64,000 nucleotides of DNA from Hypanus sabinus. Lineage: Eukaryota. The stretch's first letter is position 1; each line of letters opens with the position of its first letter. The translations under genes and the position numbers were made by a program. Under the pieces are notes generated by a model. It was not told the origin of the DNA. It saw nothing but the letters and a program-made list of their open reading frames with translations, and searched no databases. Where the stretch lies: the NCBI RefSeq assembly GCF_030144855.1, contig NC_082706.1:57226001-57290000 (forward strand), given 5' to 3'. Positions 1 through 15,000 of the stretch are shown here, piece after piece.

Positions 1-3000
1 TCTCCCATCTGACAGTGTGATGTATCTCTGTATCTCCCCTCTGACAGAGTGATGTATCTCAGTATCTCCCCTCTGACAGTGTGATGTCTCTCAGTATCAC
101 CCCTCTGACAGTGTGATGTATCTCAGTATCTCCCCTCTGACAGTGTGATGTCTCTCTCTATCTCCCCTCTGACAGTGTGATGTATCTCAGTATCTCCCCT
201 CTGACAGTGTGATGTCTCTCTCTATCTCCCCTCTGACAGTGTGATGACTCTCAGTATCTCCCCTCTGACAGTGTGATGTATCTCAGTATCTCCCCTCTGA
301 CAGTGTGATGTATCTCAGTATCTCCCCTCTGACAGTGTGATGTATCTCAGTATCTCCCCTCTGACAGTGTGATGTATCTCAGTATCTCCCCTCTGACAGT
401 GTGATGTCTCTCAGTATCTCCCCTCTGACAGTGTGATGTCTCTCAGTATCTCCCCTCGGACAGTGTGATGTCTCTCAGTATCACCCCTCTGACAGTGTGA
501 TGTATCTCAGTATCTCCCCTCCGGCAGTGTGATGTCTCTCAGTAACTCCCCTCTGACAGTGTGATGTATCTCGGTATCTCCCTCTGACAGTGTGATGTAT
601 CTCAGTATCTCCCCTCTGACAGTGTGATGTATCTCAGTATCTCCCCTCTGACAGTGTGATTTATCTCAGTAACTCCCCTCTGACAGTGTGATGTATCTCA
701 GTATCTCCCCTCTGACAGTGTGATGTATCTCAGTATCTCCCCTCTGACAGTGTGATGTCTCTCAGTATCTCCCCTCTGACAGTGTGATGTCTCTCAGTAT
801 CTCCCATCTGACAGTGTGATGTGTCTCAGTATCTCCCCTCTGACAGTGAGATGTCTCTCAGTATCTCCCATCTGACAGTGTGATGTCTCTCAGTATCTCC
901 CCTCTGACAGTGTGATGTCTCTCAGTATCTCCCATCTGACAGTGTGATGTGTCTCAGTATCTCCCCTCTGACAGTGTGATGTCTCTCAGTATCTGCCCTC
1001 TGACAGTGTGATGTATCTCAGTATCTCCCCTCTGACAGTGTGATGTATCTCAGTATCTCCCCTCTGACAGTGTGATGTTTCTCAGTATCTCCCCTCTGAC
1101 AGTGTGATGTATCTCAGTATCTCCCCTCTGACAGTGTGATGTATCTCAGTATCTCCCATCTGACAGTGTGATGTGTCTCAGTATCTCCCCTCTGACAGTG
1201 TGATGTCTCTCAGTATCTGCCCTCTGACAGTGTGATGTATCTCAGTATCTCCCCTCTGACAGTGTGATGTATCTCAGTATCTCCCCTCTGAGAGTGTGAT
1301 GTCTCTCAGTATCTCCCATCTGACAGTGTGATGTGTCTCAGTATCTCCCCTCTGACAGTGAGATGTCTCTCAGTATCTCCCATCTGACAGTGTGATGTCT
1401 CTCAGTATCTCCCCTCTGACAGTGTGATGTCTCTCAGTATCTCCCATCTGACAGTGTGATGTGTCTCAGTATCTCCCCTCTGACAGTGTGATGTCTCTCA
1501 GTATCTGCCCTCTGACAGTGTGATGTATCTCAGTATCTTCCCTCTGACAGTGTGATGTATCTCAGTATCTCCCCTCTGACAGTGTGATGTATCTCAGTAT
1601 CTCCCCTCTGACAGTGTGATGTCTCTCAGTATCTCCCATCTGACAGTGTGATGTGTCTCAGTATCTCCCCTCTGACAGTGAGATGTCTCTCAGTATCTCC
1701 CATCTGACAGTGTGATGTCTCTCAGTATCTCCCCTCTGACTGTGTGATGTATCTCAGTATCTCCCCTCTGACAGTGTGATGTATCTCAGTATCTCCCCTC
1801 TGACAGTGTGATGTCTCTCAGTATCTCCCCTCTGACAGTGTGATGTCTCTCACTATCTCCCATCTGACAGTGTGATGTCTCTCAGTATCTGCCCTCCGAC
1901 AGTGTGATGTATCTCAGTATCTCCCCTCTGACAGTGTGATGTCTCGCAGTATCTCCCCTCTGACAGTGTGATCTCTCAGTATCTCCCATCTGACAGTGTG
2001 ATGTATCTCAGTATCTCCCCTCTGACAGTGTGATGTTTCTCAGTATCTCCCCTCTGACAGTGTGATGTCTCTCAGTATCTCCCATCTGACAGTGTGATGT
2101 GTCTCAGTATCTCCCCTCTGACAGTGTGATGTCTCTCAGTATCTGCCCTCTGACAGTGTGATGTATCTCAGTATCTTCCCTCAGACAGTGTGATGTATCT
2201 CAGTATCTCCCCTCTGACAGTGTGATGTATCTCAGTATCTCCCCTCTGACAGTGTGATGTCTCTCAGTATCTCCCATCTGACAGTGTGATGTGTCTCAGT
2301 ATCTCCCCTCTGACAGTGAGATGTCTCTCAGTATCTCCCATCTGACAGTGTGATGTGTCTCAGTATCTCCCCTCTGACAGTGTGATGTCTCTCAGTATCT
2401 GCCCTCTGACAGTGTGATGTATCTCAGTATCTTCCCTCTGACAGTGTGATGTATCTCAGTATCTCCCCTCTGACAGTGTGATGTATCTCAGTATCTCCCC
2501 TCTGACAGTGTGATGTCTCTCAGTATCTCCCATCTGACAGTGTGATGTGTCTCAGTATCTCCCCTCTGACAGTGAGATGTCTCTCAGTATCTCCCATCTG
2601 ACAGTGTGATGTCTCTCAGTATCTCCCCTCTGACTGTGTGATGTATCTCAGTATCTCCCCTCTGACAGTGTGATGTATCTCAGTATCTCCCCTCTGACAG
2701 TGTGATGTCTCTCAGTATCTCCCCTCTGACAGTGTGATGTCTCTCACTATCTCCCATCTGACAGTGTGATGTCTCTCAGTATCTGCCCTCCGACAGTGTG
2801 ATGTATCTCAGTATCTCCCCTCTGACAGTGTGATGTCTCGCAGTATCTCCCCTCTGACAGTGTGATGTCTCTCAGTATCTCCCATCTGACAGTGTGATGT
2901 ATCTCAGTATCTCCCCTCTGACAGTGTGATGTTTCTCAGTATCTCCCCTCTGACAGTGTGATGTCTCTCAGTATCTCCCATCTGACAGTGTGATGTGTCT

Positions 3001-6000
3001 CAGTATCTCCCCTCTGACAGTGCGATGTCTCTCAGTATCTGCCCTCTGACAGTGTGATGTATCTCAGTATCTTCCCTCTGACAGTGTGATGTATCTCAGT
3101 ATCTCCCCTCTGACAGTGTGATGTATCTCAGTATCTCCCCTCTGACAGTGTGATGTCTCTCAGTATCTCCCATCTGACAGTGTGATGTGTCTCAGTATCT
3201 CCCCTCTGACAGTGAGATGTCTCTCAGTATCTCCCATCTGACAGTGTGATGTCTCTCAGTATCTCCCCTCTGACAGTGTGATGTCTCTCAGTATCTCCCA
3301 TCTGACAGTGTGATGTGTCTCAGTATCTCCCCTCTGACAGTGTGATGTCTCTCAGTATCTGCCCTCTGACAGTGTGATGTATCTCAGTATCTTCCCTCTG
3401 ACAGTGTGATGTATCTCAGTATCTCCCCTCTGACAGTGTGATGTATCTCAGTATCTCCCCTCTGACAGTGTGATGTCTCTCAGTATCTCCCATCTGACAG
3501 TGTGATGTGTCTCAGTATCTCCCCTCTGACAGTGAGATGTCTCTCAGTATCACCCCTCTGACAGTGTGATGTATCTCAGTATCTCCCCTCTGACAGTGTG
3601 ATGTCTCTCTCTATCTCCCCTCTGACAGTGTGATGTATCTCAGTATCTCCCCTCTGACAGTGTGATGTCTCTCTCTATCTCCCCTCTGACAGTGTGATGT
3701 CTCTCAGTATCTCCCCTCTGACAGTGTGATGTATCTCAGTATCTCCCCTCTGACAGTGTGATGTATCTCAGTATCTCCCCTCTGACAGTGTGATGTATCT
3801 CAGTATCTCCCCTCTGACAGTGTGATGTCTCTCAGTATCTCCCCTCTGACAGTGTGATGTCTCTCAGTATCTCCCCTCGGACAGTGTGATGTCTCTCAGT
3901 ATCACCCCTCTGACAGTGTGATGTATCTCAGTATCTCACCTCCGGCAGTGTGATGTCTCTCAGTAACTCCCCTCTGACAGTGTGATGTATCTCGGTATCT
4001 CCCTCTGACAGTGTGATGTATCTCAGTATCTCCCCTCTGACAGTGTGATGTATCTCAGTATCTCCCCTCTGACAGTGTGATTTATCTCAGTAACTCCCCT
4101 CTGACAGTGTGATGTATCTCAGTATCTCCCCTCTGACAGTGTGATGTATCTCAGTATCTCCCCTCTGACAGTGTGATGTCTCTCAGTATCTCCCCTCTGA
4201 CAGTGTGATGTCTCTCAGTATCTCCCATCTGACAGTGTGATGTGTCTCAGTATCTCCCCTCTGACAGTGAGATGTCTCTCAGTATCTCCCATCTGACAGT
4301 GTGATGTCTCTCAGTATCTCCCCTCTGACAGTGTGATGTGTCTCAGTATCTCCCCTCTGACAGTGTGATGTCTCTCAGTATCTGCCCTCTGACAGTGTGA
4401 TGTATCTCAGTATCTCCCCTCTGACAGTGTGATGTATCTCAGTATCTCCCCTCTGACAGTGTTAATTTTCTCAGTATCTCCCCTCTGACAGTGTGATGTA
4501 TCTCAGTATCTCCCCTCTGACAGTGTGATGTATCTCAGTATCTCCCATCTGACAGTGTGATGTGTCTCAGTATCTCCCCTCTGACAGTGTGATGTCTCTC
4601 AGTATCTGCCCTCTGACAGTGTGATGTATCTCAGTATCTCCCCTCTGACAGTGTGATGTATCTCAGTATCTCCCCTCTGACAGTGTGATGTTTCTCAGTA
4701 TCTCCCCTCTGACAGTGTGATGTATCTCAGTATCTCCCCTCTGACAGTGTGATGTATCTCAGTATCTCCCCTCTGACAGTGTGATGTATCTCAGTATCTC
4801 CCATCTGACAGTGTGATGTGTCTCAGTATCTCCCCTCTGACAGTGTGATGTCTCTCAGTATCTGCCCTCTGACAGTGTGATGTCTCTCAGTATCTCCCCT
4901 CTGACAGTGTGATGTATCTCAGTATCTCACCTCTGACAGTGTGATGTATCTCAGTATCTCACCTCTGACAGTGTGATGTATCTCAGTATCTCCCCTCTGA
5001 CAGTGTGATGTCTCTCAGTATCTCTCCTCTGACAGTGTGATGTATCTCTCTATCTACCCTCTGACAGTGTGATGTATCTCAGTAACTCCCCTCTGACAGT
5101 GTGATGTATCTCAGTATCTCCCCTCTGACAGTGTGATGTATCTCAGTATCTCCCCTCTGACAGTGTGATGTATCTCAGTATCTCCCCTCTGACAGTGTGA
5201 TGTATCTCTCTATCTCCCCTCTGACAGTGTGATGTCTCTCAGTATCACCCCTCTGACAGTGTGACGTATCTCAGTATCTCCCCTCTGACAGTGTGATGTA
5301 TCTCAGTATCTCCCCTCTGTCAGTGTAATGTATCTCTCTATCTACCCTCTGACAGTGTGATGTCTCTCAGTATCTCCCCTCTGACAGTGTGATGTCTCTC
5401 AGTATCTCCCATCTGACAGTGTGATGTGTCTCAGTATCTCCCCTCTGACAGTGAGATGTCTCTCAGTATCTCCCATCTGACAGTGTGATGTCTCTCAGTA
5501 TCTCCCCACTGACAGTGTGATGTCTCTCAGTATCTCCCATCTGACAGTGTGATGTGTCTCAGTATCTCCCCTCAGACAGTGTGATGTCTCTCAGTATCTG
5601 CCCTCTGACAGTGTGATGTATCTCAGTATCTCCCCTCTGACAGTGTGATGTCTCTCAGTATCTCCCATCTGACAGTGTGATGTGTCTCAGTATCTCCCCT
5701 CTGACAGTGTGATGTCTCTCAGTATCTGCCCTCTGACAGTGTGATGTCTCTCAGTATCTCCCCTCTGACAGTGTGATGTCTCTCAGTATCTCCCATCTGA
5801 CAGTGTGATGTATCTCAGTATCTCCCCTCTGACAGTGTGATGTATCTCAGTATCTCCCCTCTGACAGTGTGATGTCTCTCAGTATCACCCCTCTGACAGT
5901 GTGATGTATCTCAGTATCTCCCCTCTGACAGTGTGATGTATCTCAGTATCTCCCCTCTGACAGTGTGATGTCTCTCAGTATCACCCCTCTGACAGTGTGA

Positions 6001-9000
6001 TGTATCTCAGTATCTCCCCTCTGACAGTGTGATGTCTCTCTCTATCTCCCCTCTGACAGTGTGATGTATCTCAGTATCTCCCCTCTGACAGTGTGATGTC
6101 TCTCTCTATCTCCCCTCTGACAGTGTGATGTATCTCAGTATCTCCCCTCTGACAGTGTGATGTCTCTCAGTATCTCCCCTCTGACAGTGTGATGTATCTC
6201 AGTATCTCCCCTCTGACAGTGTGATGTATCTCTCTATCTACCCTCTGACAGTGTGATGTATCTCAGTATCTCCCCTCTGACAGTGTGATGTATCTCAGTA
6301 TCTCCCCTCTGACAGTGTGATGTATCTCAGTAACTCCCCTCTGACAGTGTGATGTATCTCAGTATCGCCCCTCTGACAGTTCGATTTATCTCCGTATCTC
6401 CCCTCTGACAGTCTGATTTATCTCAGTATCTCCCCTCTGACAGTGTGATGTATCTCAGTATCTCCCCTCTGACAGTGTGATGTCTCTCAGTATCTCCCCT
6501 CTGACTGTGTGATGTATCTCAGTATCTACCCTCTGTCAGTGTGATGTCTCTCAGTATCTCCCCTCTGACAGTGTGATGTATCTCAGTATCTCCCCTCTGA
6601 CAGTGTGATGTATCTCTCTATCTACCCTCTGACAGTGTGATGTAAATCAGTATCTCCCCTCTGACTGTGTGATGTATCTCAGTATCTCCCCTCTGACAGT
6701 GTGATGTATCTCAGTATCTCCCCTCTGACAGTGTGATGTATCTCAGTATCTCCCCTCTGACAGTGTGATGTATCTCAGTATCTCCCCTCTGACTGTGTGA
6801 TGTATCTCAGTATCTCCCCTCTGACAGTGTGATGTATCTCAGTATCTCCCCTCTGACAGTGTGATGTATCTCAGTATCACCCCTCTGACAGTCTGATGTA
6901 TCTCAGTATCTCCCCTCCGGCAGTGTGATGTATCTCAGTATCTCCTCTCTGACAGTGTGATGTATCTCAGTATCTCCCCTCTGACAGTGTGATGTATCTC
7001 AGTATCTCCCCTCTGACAGTGTGATGTATCTCAGTATCTCCCCTCTGACAGTGTGATGTATCTCAGTATCTACCCTCTGACAGTGTGATGTATCTCAGTA
7101 TCTCCCCTCTGACAGTTCGATTTATCTCAGTATCTCCCCTCTGACAGTCTGATTTATCTCAGTATCTCCCATCTGACAGTGTGATGTATCTCTGTATCTT
7201 CCCCTGACAGTGTGATGTCTCTCAGTATCTCCCATCTGACAGTGTGATGTATCACAGTATCTACCCTCTGACAGTGTGATGTATCTCAGTATCTCCCCTC
7301 TGACAGTCTGATGTATCTCAGTATCTCCCCTCTGACAGTGTGATGTATCTCAGTAACTCCCCTCTGACAGTGTGATGTATCTCAGTATCTACCCTCTGAC
7401 AGTGTGATGTATCTCTCTATCTACCCTCTGACAGTGTGATGTATCTCAGTAACTCCCCTCTGACAGTGTGATGTATCTCAGTATCTCCCCTCTGACAGTG
7501 TGATGTATCTCAGTATCTCCCCTCTGACAGTGTGATGTCTCTCAGTATCACCCCTCTGACAGTGTGATGTATCTCAGTATCACCCCTCTGACAGTGTGAT
7601 GTATCTCAGTATCTCCCCTCTGACAGTGTGATGTATCTCGGTATCTCCCCTCTGACAGTGTGATGTATCTCAGTAACTCCCCTCTGACAGTGTGATGTAT
7701 CTCAGTATCTCCCCTCTGACAGTTCGATTTATCTCAGTATCTCCCCTCTGACAGTGTGATGTATCTCAGTATCTCCCCTCTGTCAGTGTGATGTATCTCA
7801 GTATCTCCCCTCTGACTGTGTGATGTATCTCAGTATCTCCCCTCTGACAGTGTGATGTATCTCAGTATCTCCCCTCTGACAGTGTGATGTATCTCAGTAT
7901 CTCCCCTCTGACTGTGTGATGTATCTCAGTATCTCCCCTCTGACAGTGTGATGTATCTCAGTATCACCCCTCTGACAGTGTGATGTATCTCAGTATCTCC
8001 CCTCTGTCAGTGTGATGTATCTCAGTATCTCTGCTCTGACAATGTGATGTGTCTCAGTATCTCCCGTCTGACAGAGTGATGTATCTCAGTATCTCCCCTC
8101 TGACAGTGTGAGGTATCTCAGTATCTCCCCTATGACAGTGTGATGTCTCTCAGTATCTCCCTCTGACAGTGTGATATATCTCAGTATCTCCCCTCTGACA
8201 GTGTGAGGTATCTCAGTATCTCCCCTCTGACAGTGTGATGTATCTCTCTATCTACCCTCTGACAGTGTGATGTATCTCAGTATCTCCCCTCTGACAGTGT
8301 GATGTATCTCAGTATCTCCCCTCTGACAGTGTGATGTCTCTCAGTATCACCCCTCTGACAGTGTGATGTATCTCAGTATCTCCCCTCTGACAGTGTGATG
8401 TCTCTCTCTATCTCCCCTCTGACAGTGTGATGTATCTCAGTATCTCCCCTCTGACAGTGTGATGTCTCTCTCTATCTCCCCTCTGACAGTGTGATGTATC
8501 TCAGTATCTCCCCTCTGACAGTGTGATGTCTCTCAGTATCTCCCCTCTGACAGTGTGATGTATCTCAGTATCTCCCCTCTGACAGTGTGATGTATCTCAG
8601 TATCTCCCCTCTGACAGTTTGATGTATCTCAGTATCTCCCCTCTGACAGTGTGATGTATCTCAGTATCTCCCCTCTGACAGTGTGATGTCTCTCAGTATC
8701 TCCCCTCTGACAGTGTGATGTATCTCAGTAACTCCCCTCTGACAGTGTGATGTATCTCAGTATCTCCCCTCTGACAGTGTGATGTATCTCAGTATCTCCC
8801 CTCTGACAGTGTGATGTCTCTCAGTATCACCCCTCTGACAGTCTGATGTATCTCAGTATCTCCCCTCTGACAGTGTGATGTATCTCAGTATCTCCCCTCT
8901 GACAGTTTGATGTATCTCAGTATCTCCCCTCTGACAGTGTGATGTCTCTCAGTATCTGCCCTCTGACAGTGTGATGTATCTCTCTATCTACCCTCTGTCA

Positions 9001-12000
9001 GTGTGATGTATCTCAGTAACTCCCCTCTGACAGTGTGATGTATCTCAGTATCTCCCCTCTGACAGTGTGATGTATCTCAGTATCTCCCCTCTGACAGTGT
9101 GATGTCTCTCAGTATCTCCCCTCTGACAGTGTGATGTATCTCTCTATCTACCCTCTGTCAGTGTGATGTATCTCAGTAACTCCCCTCTGACAGTGTGATG
9201 TATCTCAGTATCTCCCCTCTGACAGTGTGATGTATCTCAGTATCTCCCCTCTGACAGTGTGATGTCTCTCAGTATCACCCCTCTGACAGTCTGATGTCTC
9301 TCAGTAACTCCCCTCTGACAGTGTGATGTATCTCGGTATCTCCCTCTGACAGTGTGATGTATCTCAGTATCTCCCCTCTGACAGTGTGATGTATCTCAGT
9401 ATCTCCCCTCTGACAGTGTGATGTATCTCAGTAACTCCCCTCTGACAGTGTGATGTATCTCAGTATCTCCCCTCTGACAGTTCGATTTATCTCAGTATCT
9501 CCCCTCTGACAGTCTGATTTATCTCAGTATCTCCCCTCTGACAGTGTGATGTATCTCAGTATCTCCCCTCTGACAGTGTGATGTATCTCAGTATCTCCCC
9601 TCTGACAGTGTGATGTCTCTCAGTATCTCCCCTCTGACTGTGTGATGTATCTCAGTATCTACCCTCTGTCAGTGTGATGTATCTCAGTATCTCCCCTCTG
9701 ACAGTGTGATGTATCACAGTATCTCCCCTCTGACAGTGTGATGTATCTCAGTATCTCCCCTCTGACAGTGTGATGTATCTCAGTATCTCCCATCTGACTG
9801 TGTGATGTATCTCAGTATCTCCCCTCTGACAGTGTGATGTATCTCAGTATCTCCCCTCTGACAGTGTGATTTATCTCAGTATCTCCCCTCTGTCAGTGTG
9901 ATGTATCTCAGTATCTCTGCTCTGACAATGTGATGTGTCTCAGTATCTCCCGTCTGACAGAGTGATGTATCTCAGTATCTCCCCTCTGACAGTGTGAGGT
10001 ATCTCAGTATCTCCCCTATGACAGTGTGATGTCTCTCAGTATCTCCCTCTGACAGTGTGATATGTCTCAGTATCTCCCCTCTGACAGTGTGAGGTATCTC
10101 AGTATCTGCCCTCTGACAGTGTGATGTATCTCTCTATCTACCCTCTGACAGTGTGATGTATCTCAGTATCTCCCCTCTGACAGTGTGATGTATCTCAGTA
10201 TCTCCCCTCTGACAGTGTGATGTATCTCAGTATCTCCCCTCTGACAGTGTGATGTCTCTCAGTATCACCCCTCTGACAGTGTGATGTATCTCAGTATCTC
10301 CCCTCTGACAGTCTGATGTCTCTCTCTATCTCCCCTCTGACAGTGTGATGTATCTCAGTATCTCCCCTCTGACAGTGTGATGTGTCTCTCTATCTCCCCT
10401 CTGACAGTGTGATGTATCTCAGTATCTCCCCTCTGACAGTGTGATGTCTCTCAGTATCTCCCCTCTGACAGTGTGATGTATCTCAGTATCTCCCCTCTGA
10501 CAGTGTGATGTATCTCAGTATCTCCCCTCTGACAGTTTGATGTATCTCAGTATCTCCCCTCTGACAGTGTGATGTATCTCAGTATCTCCCCTCTGACAGT
10601 GTGATGTCTCTCAGTATCTCCCCTCTGACAGTGTGATGTACCTCTCTATCTACCCTCTGTCAGTGTGATGTATCTCAGTAACTCCCCTCTGACAGTGTGA
10701 TGTATCTCAGTATCTCCCCTCTGATAGTGTGATGTATCTCAGTATCTCCCCTCTGACAGTGTGATGTCTCTCAGTATCACCCCTCTGACAGTCTGATGTA
10801 TCTCAGTATCTCCCCTCTGACAGTGTGATGTATCTCAGTATCTCCCCTCTGACAGTTTGATGTATCTCAGTATCTCCCCTCTGACAGTGTGATGTATCTC
10901 AGTATCTCCCCTCTGACAGTGTGATGTCTCTCAGTATCTCCCCTCTGACAGTGTGATGTATCTCTCTATCTACCCTCTGTCAGTGTGATGTATCTCAGTA
11001 ACTCCCCTCTGACAGTGTGATGTATCTCAGTATCTCCCCTCTGACAGTGTGATGTATCTCAGTATCTCCCCTCTGACAGTGTGATGTATCTCAGTATCTC
11101 CCCTCTGTCAGTGTGATGTATCTCAGTATCTCCCCTCTGACTGTGTGATGTATCTCAGTATCTCCCCTCTGACAGTGTGATGTATCTCAGTATCTCCCCT
11201 CTGTCAGTGTGATGTATCTCAGTATCTCCCCTCTGACAGTGTGACGTATCTCAGTCTCTCCCCTCTGACAGTGTGATGTCTCTCAGTATCTCCCCTCTGA
11301 CAGTGATCGCTCTATCTCCCCTCTGACAGTGTGATGTATCTCAGTATCTCCCCTCTGACAGTGTGATGTATCTCAGTATCTCCCCTCTGACAGTGTGATG
11401 TATCTCAGTATCTCCCCTCTGACAGCGTGATGTATCTCAGTATCTCCCCTCTGACAGTGTGATGTATCTCAGTATCTCCCCTCTGACAGTGTGATGTATC
11501 TCAGTATCTCCCCTCTGACAGTGTGATGTATCTCAGTATCTCCCCTCTGACAGTGTGATGTATCTCAGTATCTCCCCTCTGACAGTGTGATGTATCTCAT
11601 TATCTCCCCTCTGACAGTGATGTATCTCTCTATCTCCCCTCTGACAGTGTGATGTATCTCAGTATCTCCCCTCTGACAGTGTGATGTATCTCAGTATCTC
11701 CCCTGTGACAGTGTGATGTATCTCAGTATCTCCCCTCTGACAGTGTGATGTCTCTCAGTATCTCCCCTCTGACAGTGTGATGTATCTCAGTATCTCCCCT
11801 CTGACAGTGTGATGTCTCTCAGTATCTCCCCTCTGACAGTGTGATGTATCTCAGTATCTACCCTCTGACAGTGTGATGTATCTCAGTATCTCCCCTCTGA
11901 CAGTGTGATGTATCTCTCTATCTACCCTCTGACAGTGTGATGTATCTGAGTATCTCCCCACTGACAGTGTGATGTCTCTCAGTATCTCCCCTCTGACAGT

Positions 12001-15000
12001 GTGATGTATCTCAGTATCTCCCCTCTGACAGTGTGATGTATCTCAGTATCTCCCCTCTGACAGTGTGATGTATCTCAGTATCTCCCCTCAGACAGTGTGA
12101 TGTATCTCAGTATCTCCCCTCTGACAGTGTGATGTCTCTCAGTATCTCCCCTCTGACAGTGTGATGTATCTCAGTATCTCCCCTCTGACAGTGTGATGTA
12201 TCTCAGTATCTCCCCTCTGACAGTGTGATGTATCTCTCTATCTACCCTCTGACAGTGTGATGTATCTCAGTATCTCCCCTCTGACAGTGTGATGTCTCTC
12301 AGTATCTCCCCTCTGACAGTGTGATGTATCTCAGTATCTCCCCTCTGACAGTGTGATGTCTCTCAGTATCTCCCCTCTGACAGTGTGATGTATCTCTCTA
12401 TCTCCCCTCTGACAGTGTGATGTATCTCAGTATCTCCCCTCTGACAGTGTGATGTATCTCTCTATCTCCCCTCTGACAGTGTAATGTATCTCTCTATCTC
12501 CCCTCTGACAGTGTGATGTATCTCAGTATCTCCCCTCTGACAGTGTGATGTATCTCAGTATCTCCCCTCTGACAGTGTGATGTATCTCTCTATCTACCCT
12601 CTGACAGTGTGATGTATCTCAGTATCTCCCCTCTGACAGTGTGATGTATCTCAGTATCTCCCCTCTGACAGTGTGATGTATCTCAGTATCTCCCCTCTGA
12701 CAGTGTGATGTCTCTCAGTATCTCCCCTCTGACAGTGTGATGTATCTCAGTATCTACCCTCTGACAGTGTGATGTATCTCAGTATCTACCCTCTGACAGT
12801 GTGATGTATCTCAGTATCTACCCTCTGACAGTGTGATGTATCTCAGTATCTCCCCTCTGACAGTGTGATGTATCTCAGTATCTCCCCTCTGACAGTGTGA
12901 TGTATCTCTCTATCTCCCCTCTGACAGTGTGATGTCTCTCAGTATCTCCCCTCTGACAGTGTGATGTATCTCAGTATCTCCCCTCTGTCAGTGTGATGTA
13001 TCTCAGTATCTCCCCTCTGACAGTGTGATGTATCTCAGTATCTCCCCTCTGACAGTGTGATGTATCTCAGTATCTTCCCTCTGACTGTGTGATGTCTCTC
13101 AGTATCTCCCCTCTGACAGTGTGATGTATCTCAGTATCTCCCCTCTGACAGTGTGATGTATCTCAGTATCTACCCTCTGACAGTGTGATCTATCTCAGTA
13201 TCTCCCCTCTGTCAGTGTGATGTATCTCAGTATCTCCCCTCTGACAGTGTGATGTCTCTCAGTATCTCCCCTCTGACAGTGTGATGTCTCTCAGTATCTC
13301 CCCTCTGACAGTGTGATGTATCTCAGTATCTCCCCTCTGACAGTGTGATGTATCTCAGTATCTCCCCTCTGACAGTGTGATGTATCTCAGTATCTCCCCT
13401 CAGACAGTGTGATGTATCTCAGTATCTCCCCTCTGACAGTGTGATGTCTCTCAGTATCTCCCCTCTGACAGTGTGATGTATCTCAGTATCTCCCCTCTGA
13501 CAGTGTGATGTATCTCAGTATCTCCCCTCTGACAGTGTGATGTATCTCTCTATCTACCCTCTGACAGTGTGATGTATCTCAGTATCTCCCCTCTGACAGT
13601 GTGATGTCTCTCAGTATCTCCCCTCTGACAGTGTGATGTATCTCAGTATCTCCCCTCTGACAGTGTGATGTCTCTCAGTATCTCCCCTCTGACAGTGTGA
13701 TGTATCTCTCTATCTCCCCTCTGACAGTGTGATGTATCTCAGTATCTCCCCTCTGACAGTGTGATGTATCTCTCTATCTCCCCTCTGACAGTGTAATGTA
13801 TCTCTCTATCTCCCCTCTGACAGTGTGATGTATCTCAGTATCTCCCCTCTGACAGTGTGATGTATCTCAGTATCTCCCCTCTGACAGTGTGATGTATCTC
13901 AGTATCTCCCCTCTGACAGTGTGATGTCTCTCAGTATCTCCCCTCTGACAGTGTGATGTATCTCAGTATCTACCCTCTGACAGTGTGATGTATCTCAGTA
14001 TCTACCCTCTGACAGTATGATGTATCTCAGTATCTACCCTCTGACAGTGTGATGTATCTCAGTATCTCCCCTCTGACAGTGTGATGTATCTCAGTATCAC
14101 CCCTCTGACAGTCTGATGTATCTCAGTATCTCCCCTCTGACAGTGTGATGTATCTCAGTATCTCCCCTCTGACAGTGTGATGTATCTCAGTATCTCCCTC
14201 TGACAGTGTGATGTATCTCAGTATCTCCCCTCTGTCAGTGTGATGTATCTCAGTATCTCCCCTCTGACAGTGTGATGTATCTCAGTATCTTCCCTCTGAC
14301 TGTGTCATGTCTCTCAGTATCTCCCCTCTGACAGTGTGATGTATCTCAGTATCTCCCCTCTGTCAGTGTGATGTATCTCAGTATCTACCCTCTGACAGTG
14401 TGATCTATCTCAGTATCTCCCCTCTGTCAGTGTGATGTATCTCAGTATCTCCCCTCTGACAGTGTGATGTCTCTCAGTATCTCCCCTCTGACAGTGTGAT
14501 GTATCTCTCTATCTCCCCTCTGACAGTGTGATGTATCTCTCTATCTCCCCTCTGACAGTGTGATGTCTCTCAGTATCTCCCCTCTGACAGTGTGATGTAT
14601 CTCAGTATCTCCCCTCTGTCAGTGTGATGTATCTCAGTATCTCCCCTCTGACAGTGTGATGTATCTCAGTATCTCCCCTCTGACAGTGTGATGTATCTCA
14701 GTATCTCCCCTCTGACAGTGTGATGTATCTCAGTATCTCCCCTCTGACTGTGTGATGTCTCTCAGTATCTCCCCTCTGACAGTGTGATGTATCTCAGTAT
14801 CTCCCCTCTGACAGTGTGATGTATCTCAGTATCTACCCTCTGACAGTGTGATCTATCTCAGTATCTCCCCTCTGTCAGTGTGATGTATCTCAGTATCTCC
14901 CCTCTGACAGTGTGATGTCTCTCAGTATCTCCCCTCTGACAGTGTGATGTATCTCTCTATCTCCCCTCTGACAGTGTGATGTCTCTCAGTATCTCCCCTC